A DNA stretch of 63,703 bases, the filler included, from Basidiobolus meristosporus CBS 931.73 (Eukaryota > Fungi > Basidiobolomycota), in NCBI GenBank assembly GCA_002104905.1. It is 4 parts of 4 records of this genome, joined end to end, with 100 filler letters (N's around TTAATTAATTAA, not from the genome) between each part and the next. Parts side by side here need not be neighbours in the genome. Positions count along the whole stretch, not along the records: positions 51,215 to 63,703 come from MCFE01001240.1; 3 more parts are not named here. One strand, given 5' to 3'. Of the stretch, positions 58,753 to 63,703 are shown in pieces (within the stretch, counting starts at the first letter, position 1; the number at the start of each line of letters is the position of its first letter). The notes below the pieces were generated by a model that was not told where the DNA came from, searched no databases, and saw only the letters and a program-made list of their open reading frames with translations. The translations under genes and the position numbers were made by a program.

Positions 58753-61700
58753 TGTTGTAAGAGTCTTGGAGATATTGGAAGTGATTGGGAGAACAAGTAG
58801 ATTATGTGGTTTTCACTTAATGATTTATTGAATGTAAAAGTAGTATTTATACTTTTACCTGGTCTTGGCATTACAAACACGTAGAATAGGTTAAGGAAGG
58901 TCCCAAGAACATGTGTGCAAAGTTTGGGGCTGTTTGGACAACTTTGAGAATTTTCATGTTCTGGATACCTGGTATTTTGGCAAATATATTCTAAGTAAAT
59001 CCTGACAAGGAATTTGGTCAGTATTCTCTAGGATTTGAAGGTTATGATCTAAGTGACTAAGCTAGGTGAATATTTAGGTGGAAATACAAATTTTTACAAC
59101 ACTCCCACTCAGCTAAATGTTCATACTGACTAGTCCTAATTTTGACCTAAGATATTCAAACTTGTCTCTAGCTAATGGTTTGGTAAATATGTCTGCAATC
59201 ATTTCATCTGTAGGACAGTAAGCTAAGCTAACTAAGTTATTCTCTATAGCTTCATGTATGAAATGATGTCTAATATCTATGTGCTTGGCTCTAGCATGAA
59301 AAGTTGGATTTCTACCTAATTGTATACATCCTTGATTATCTTGAAATAAAGTAATAGGCGTTTTTTGACATAGGCCTAAATCTGTAAACAGCTTTCTTAA
59401 CCACATTGCTTCTTTTGTAGCTTCACAGACTGCCATATACTCTGCCTCTGTAGTAGAAAGTGCTACGGTTGGTTGCTTTCTTGAATTCCATGAAATGGCT
59501 CCTTTACAGTAAAGAAAGGTGTATCCTGAGGTGGATCTTCTGTCTTCCAAATTTCGTCCCCAATCAGCATCAGAGTATCCCACAAGATCCTGTTCTGAAT
59601 CCTTATAAGTGTATCTTAAGCAGATATCAGCAGTTCCTTTTAGGTATCTAAAAACCCGCTTAACTGCTGCTATATGATCAGATCCATAGCTCTGATTATG
59701 TTGGCTGACAACTCCCACTGAATATGAGATATCTGGACGTGTTCCAAGCATGATGTACATCAGACTGCCGACCATAGATTGATAAGGAAAGTCAGGGCTT
59801 TCAGATGGCACCAAGCTCTCTTCATTTGGTTGAGTTTTGACCAAGTTAAGGTTTGTCTCCATTGGGGTAGCTGCCGGTTTACAGTCTTCCATTTTGTACT
59901 TCTTTAGTATATCTTGAATATACTTGGATTGGCTTAGGGTAATAGTCTGGGTACCTCTGTCTATGGAGAACTTAATCCCTAAGTAGTAACTGAGTTCTCC
60001 TAGATTGGACATCTTGAACTCCTTAGATAGGCTGGATTTAGTCTCTTCCAATGTTTCTAGGTTATTGGCGGCTATAATAAGATCATCCACATATAGAGCT
60101 AATAGAACTGGATTTGCTCTATCTGGCTTATAGTATATACTATAGTCAGCATTACTCCTTTTGAAGCTCAAAGATTCCAAATAAGAATCTATCTTGCAAT
60201 TCCAGGCTCTTGGTGATTGTTTGAGACCATATAGTGACTTTTTAAGCTTGCAGACCAAATGGGGGTTATCTTGGTCAACAAACCCATCAGGCTGGTCCAT
60301 ATACATGTCCTCATCAAGTTCTTCATTCAAAAATGCAGTTTTTACATCCATTTGATGAATAAAAAACTTATATTTGGCTGCAATAGCCAATATTAATCTG
60401 ATGGAATTAAACTTGGCTACCGGTACAAAGGTCTCAGTATAGTCAAGTCCTTTTGTTTGAGAGTATCCTTTGGCTACAAGTCTTGCTTTGTATCTTTCAA
60501 TTGTACCATCAGCCTTGTATTTTGTCTTGAAGACCCATCTGCATCCAATTGATTTTTGGTTGATTGGTAATTTGACTAAGTCCCAAGTTTGATTTTCCAT
60601 CAGGGCCTGATATTCCTCAGTCATTGCAGATCTCCAAAACTTTGTCTGAGGGCTATTTAGGGCCTCTTTTACAGTCTGGGGCTCATCAATATGTACTGAA
60701 TAGGCATAGGCTAAGTTTGTACCCTCATTGATATAGTAATTTGGGCTATTTCTTGTCCAATTTGATCTCCGGGCATTTGATACTGGAATGATCACTTCTG
60801 GGATATTCCTGGGCACTGATTCTGGCTGAACCACGGTTGTAGAGTCCTCTGGAGTGAAAAAATTCTCATTGTTTTGCTCTGATTCAATCCTGACAATTGG
60901 TGGACTTGAGATCCAATTTTTTTCATCATCTGATGTCATTTTTTGTGAAAATTTTGAATTTTCATCAAACAACACATCCCTGGACTTGATAAGCTTCTTT
61001 GCTTTGGTATTGTAGAGTCTGTATGCCTTACTCTCATTGCAGTAGCCCAAAAATATGCATTTTACACTTTTTGGCTCAAATTTTGACTGATTTCCGGCCA
61101 GTTTTTTGGCATATGCTGTGCACCCAAATATTCTTAGATGTTCTGCACTTGGTCTGTATCCATACCATACTTCAAATGGAGTAGAATCACAAAGTATTCT
61201 GTTATAACTCCTATTTTTAAGGTATACAGCAGTGGCAACTGATTCCGCCCAAAAATCATAGGATAATTTTTGATCATGGATCATAGATCTTGCCATATCA
61301 ATTATTGATCTGTTAGCTCGTTCTGCTACTCCATTTTGCTGTGGGGAGTATGGTACAGTAGTCTCTTGCTTTATCCCATGAATTTTGCAGAAGTGGATGA
61401 AGAGTTTTGAGGTATATTCTCCACCATTGTCAGAGCGTATTTTCTTGATTTTTTCACCAGTTTCTCTCTCCACCATGGCTTTGAACTCCCTGAGCTTAGA
61501 CAGAGCTTCTTCCTTTCTCTCCATGAAGTAGACCCATGTGTATCTTGTATAATCATCAATAAAAGTGATTAAATACTTCATCCCACCTAAGGATAAATTT
61601 TGCATAGGTCCACACAGATCTGAGTGAATTAGATCTAATTTTTTCTTGGTTTTGATTAACCCAGAGCTCTTGAACGGCTGTCTGGCTTGTTTCCCATATA

Positions 61701-63437
61701 TGCAGGCTTCACAGTGCTCCAAATTAGCTGCGGGATCAATTTTCACTCCAGAAATTAGCTGATCTTTGATCATTTTGCGCAAATAATCAAAATTGATGTG
61801 CCCAAATCTCCTGTGCCAAAGCATTGGTGTTTCTTCATTTAAGTTACTTATATTGGCTTCCAGATATGATGGAATATAAGTCAACTTGTATAGATTCTGA
61901 TCTCTGATGCCCAAAGCAATATGAGTACCATTTTGATCAGTGATCCTGCATCCAGAATTGTCAAAACTGAAACTGAGTCCTTCTGCTGTGGCCTTGCTTA
62001 CAGAGAGTAGGTTCTTGGCTATTTCTGGTATATAGAGTACTTCTTTAAAGGTCAGTGTATGGCTTCCTTCACTGCTTCTAAGGTTTACTTGGACAGTTCC
62101 TTCTCCCACTGCATCAAGTGTTCTATTGTCACCCATGAAAACCTTCTTAATTGGAATTTCTTGATATTGGGTAAAAAGTTCTTTTTGGTGTGTAAAGTGT
62201 TGAGAAGCTCCAGAGTCAATATACCACGTCTGAGAATCCTTGTTTGTGGTCATATTTAGTGCAGATATGAATAGTCTATCTTCAGTTGTTGCAGCATTTC
62301 CATATTCAGGCTTCTTTTGCTGATAATGTCTCTTTTTGAAACACCGGTCTGATGTGTGTCCTTTCCTTTTGCAGTAGTTGCAAAATAGGTTGCTGTTGCC
62401 TTTGTAGGGTCTTGGGTACCTCCTTTGTTGGTTATCATTGCTTATTAAAGCATTTTCTTCTTCCTTCTTATTGGCGCTTGATTTTCTTAATTCTTCATCC
62501 AGGAGCCTTCCATATACGTAATTTAAGGTCAAATCTTCAGTTCTGGACTCTAGGGCTGATACAAGGCCCTGAAACTTGTCTGTCAGGCTATTCAGGATGG
62601 TAACTATCACATCCTCATCAGTAGTTGGTACACCCACAGATTGCATCTCATCTACCAGCAGGGTAATTCTGTTAATTAGATTTTTCATTTCTTCTCCTGG
62701 CAGCATCTTTGTAGTAAAGAATTTTCTTCTCAGATACATTTTCTTGGCAGCTGAACATGACTGGTAAGTGTCTTCTAATGCCTTCCAGGCATTCTTTGCC
62801 GTTTTTGCTCTTGAGCATTGAATTAGCAATTTGTCCTTGACATTAAGGCAAATGCAGTTAAAGGCACTTTGTTCTTTCTTCTGGTACTTTAAGGCTTCCT
62901 CTCCCACGTTTTTAGGAGGGCATTCTTCTCCCATGACAATATCCCAAAGGCCTCCTTCTTGCAGCAGCATCTTCATCTTCACCTTCCACACTTGGTGGTT
63001 AGATCCATCCAACTTTTCAGCAGAGGGAAAAATTCCAGTAATAGCAGTAGTAGACATTGCAGAGAGTGACAGCTCAAGGCTCATAACCTGTTGTAAGAGT
63101 CTTGGAGATATTGGAAGTGATTGGGAGAACAAGTAGATTATGTGGTTTTCACTTAATGATTTATTGAATGTAAAAGTAGTATTTATACTTTTACCTGGTC
63201 TTGGCATTACAAACACGTAGAATAGGTTAAGGAAGGTCCCAAGAGCATGTGTGCAAAGTTTGGGGCTGTTTGGACAACTTTGAGAATTTTCATGTTCTGG
63301 GTACCTGGTATTTTGGCAAAAATATTCTAAGTAAATCCTGACAAGGAATTTGGTCAGTATTCTCTAGGATTTGAAGGTGATGATCTAAGTGACTAAGTTA
63401 GGTGAATATTTAGGTGGAAATACAAATTTTTACAACA
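58753..63437 (-). mobile_element. Intact Ty1/copia retrotransposon (4685 bp): LTRs 58753-59101 and 63089-63437 (349 bp, 5 differences), TSD TGTAT, PBS GGTTATGAGCC, PPT GAGTGGGAG
   Basis: TGTAT at 58748-58752 and 63438-63442; PBS at 63078-63088; PPT at 59102-59110. Confidence 0.97.
59113..63084 (-). CDS. Copia Gag-Pol polyprotein (1323 aa from the first ATG after the LTR; alternative start 63057)
   Basis: CNYCKRKGH..DRC knuckle, WYIDSGAS protease, WHRRFGH..CEAC, HSDLCGP/IDD/SDNGGEY/NGVAER integrase, LYVDD RT, YSDADW RNase H in copia order. Confidence 0.96.
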   Translation of the reverse strand: MSLELSLSAMSTTAITGIFPSAEKLDGSNHQVWKVKMKMLLQEGGLWDIVMGEECPPKNVGEEALKYQKKEQSAFNCICLNVKDKLLIQCSRAKTAKNAWKALEDTYQSCSAAKKMYLRRKFFTTKMLPGEEMKNLINRITLLVDEMQSVGVPTTDEDVIVTILNSLTDKFQGLVSALESRTEDLTLNYVYGRLLDEELRKSSANKKEEENALISNDNQQRRYPRPYKGNSNLFCNYCKRKGHTSDRCFKKRHYQQKKPEYGNAATTEDRLFISALNMTTNKDSQTWYIDSGASQHFTHQKELFTQYQEIPIKKVFMGDNRTLDAVGEGTVQVNLRSSEGSHTLTFKEVLYIPEIAKNLLSVSKATAEGLSFSFDNSGCRITDQNGTHIALGIRDQNLYKLTYIPSYLEANISNLNEETPMLWHRRFGHINFDYLRKMIKDQLISGVKIDPAANLEHCEACIYGKQARQPFKSSGLIKTKKKLDLIHSDLCGPMQNLSLGGMKYLITFIDDYTRYTWVYFMERKEEALSKLREFKAMVERETGEKIKKIRSDNGGEYTSKLFIHFCKIHGIKQETTVPYSPQQNGVAERANRSIIDMARSMIHDQKLSYDFWAESVATAVYLKNRSYNRILCDSTPFEVWYGYRPSAEHLRIFGCTAYAKKLAGNQSKFEPKSVKCIFLGYCNESKAYRLYNTKAKKLIKSRDVLFDENSKFSQKMTSDDEKNWISSPPIVRIESEQNNENFFTPEDSTTVVQPESVPRNIPEVIIPVSNARRSNWTRNSPNYYINEGTNLAYAYSVHIDEPQTVKEALNSPQTKFWRSAMTEEYQALMENQTWDLVKLPINQKSIGCRWVFKTKYKADGTIERYKARLVAKGYSQTKGLDYTETFVPVAKFNSIRLILAIAAKYKFFIHQMDVKTAFLNEELDEDMYMDQPDGFVDQDNPHLVCKLKKSLYGLKQSPRAWNCKIDSYLESLSFKRSNADYSIYYKPDRANPVLLALYVDDLIIAANNLETLEETKSSLSKEFKMSNLGELSYYLGIKFSIDRGTQTITLSQSKYIQDILKKYKMEDCKPAATPMETNLNLVKTQPNEESLVPSESPDFPYQSMVGSLMYIMLGTRPDISYSVGVVSQHNQSYGSDHIAAVKRVFRYLKGTADICLRYTYKDSEQDLVGYSDADWGRNLEDRRSTSGYTFLYCKGAISWNSRKQPTVALSTTEAEYMAVCEATKEAMWLRKLFTDLGLCQKTPITLFQDNQGCIQLGRNPTFHARAKHIDIRHHFIHEAIENNLVSLAYCPTDEMIADIFTKPLARDKFEYLRSKLGLVSMNI

Positions 63438-63703
63438 TGTATGACCATGCCTTTGCTTTAACACTTGATGGATTCTCATCAAACAAGTACTCTACCAGCA
63501 AATCCTGATGACCACTGATTCTCATCAATCTGAATCTGCTGCCCATCTTACGGTATCAGAGCAATAATCTGATGGTAGTCTCACTGGTATCTGGGCCTAA
63601 ATCACCGTCCAACCTGGATATCTACCTGTATCCATTGCTGAATGAATTTTGTATGCTTTCCAGCTGGATAATAGTAAATGGCCATCATGTAAAAGCACAT
63701 ATT

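Larger units (their letters stand above)
53770..63703 (+). mobile_element. CACTA/CMC DNA transposon, left terminus CCCTATGAAAA, divergent ORF-X (-) and transposase (+), right end beyond the window
   Basis: Terminus fits the CMCWR consensus; Transposase_21-like motifs span the copia insertion. Confidence 0.75.
58151..63703 (+). pseudogene. CACTA (Transposase_21/Tnp2-like) transposase, split by copia at codon D-M-Y
   Basis: CVNSCMAF...CPN cysteine cluster; across the insertion reads IFNDKHY..L...GYFED|MYDHAFALTLDGF...S**PLILINLNL.P..R....N.....SGPKSP..LD.YL.PL. Confidence 0.85.

Noticed and set aside
63085-63216. 44-codon in-frame extension of the copia ORF into the LTR (also 48412-48843 and 49644-49931)
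   Set aside because: Its start codons lie upstream of the LTR TATA box (~63180-63187), so they would not be in the transcript.
63553-63563. GGTATCAGAGC, resembling the plant tRNA-iMet PBS
   Set aside because: It lies inside the CACTA transposase frame and is not adjacent to an LTR end.

Overview
Eukaryotic genomic DNA, most consistent with an early-diverging fungus (inferred from gene content, short GT-AG introns and TE families; the species cannot be determined). The window is four unrelated contigs joined by artificial 100-bp spacers (44 N + TTAATTAATTAA + 44 N), so adjacency across spacers has no biological meaning. Contig 1 (1-13891) is a dense tRNA island with 13 intact genes and one noisy copy. 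It also holds a Ty3/gypsy pol present as a 2 x 2833-bp foldback palindrome (probably an artefact), an LTR 11 bp upstream of tRNA-Arg(CCT), and a Tyr-rich secreted protein gene. Contig 2 (13992-33902) starts with a nested retroelement array: a Penelope-like remnant, head-to-tail APE-LINE copies ending in a hairpin plus CCCTAA-like tail, and a probably self-priming Ty3 with its solo LTR. Host genes follow: old yellow enzyme, PHO84, phosphoketolase, CHO1 and one partial gene. Contig 3 (34003-51114) has a CCCCTTTA array and a decayed AT-rich, intronless, gene-dense block with two AIG1-type GTPases that looks foreign (virus- or endobacterium-like). That block is split by a self-nested 733-bp foldback MITE and a solo LTR; CACTA remnants and an old copia follow. 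Contig 4 (51215-63703) has a CACTA/CMC element with divergent ORFs interrupted by two solo LTRs and an intact 4685-bp copia. TE coding sequence is strongly CpG-depleted, whereas host genes are not. The strongest novelty candidates are the foreign AT-rich GTPase block, the telomere-repeat-tailed LINE array and the tRNA-targeting Ty3. All counts are manual; no database searches were run.
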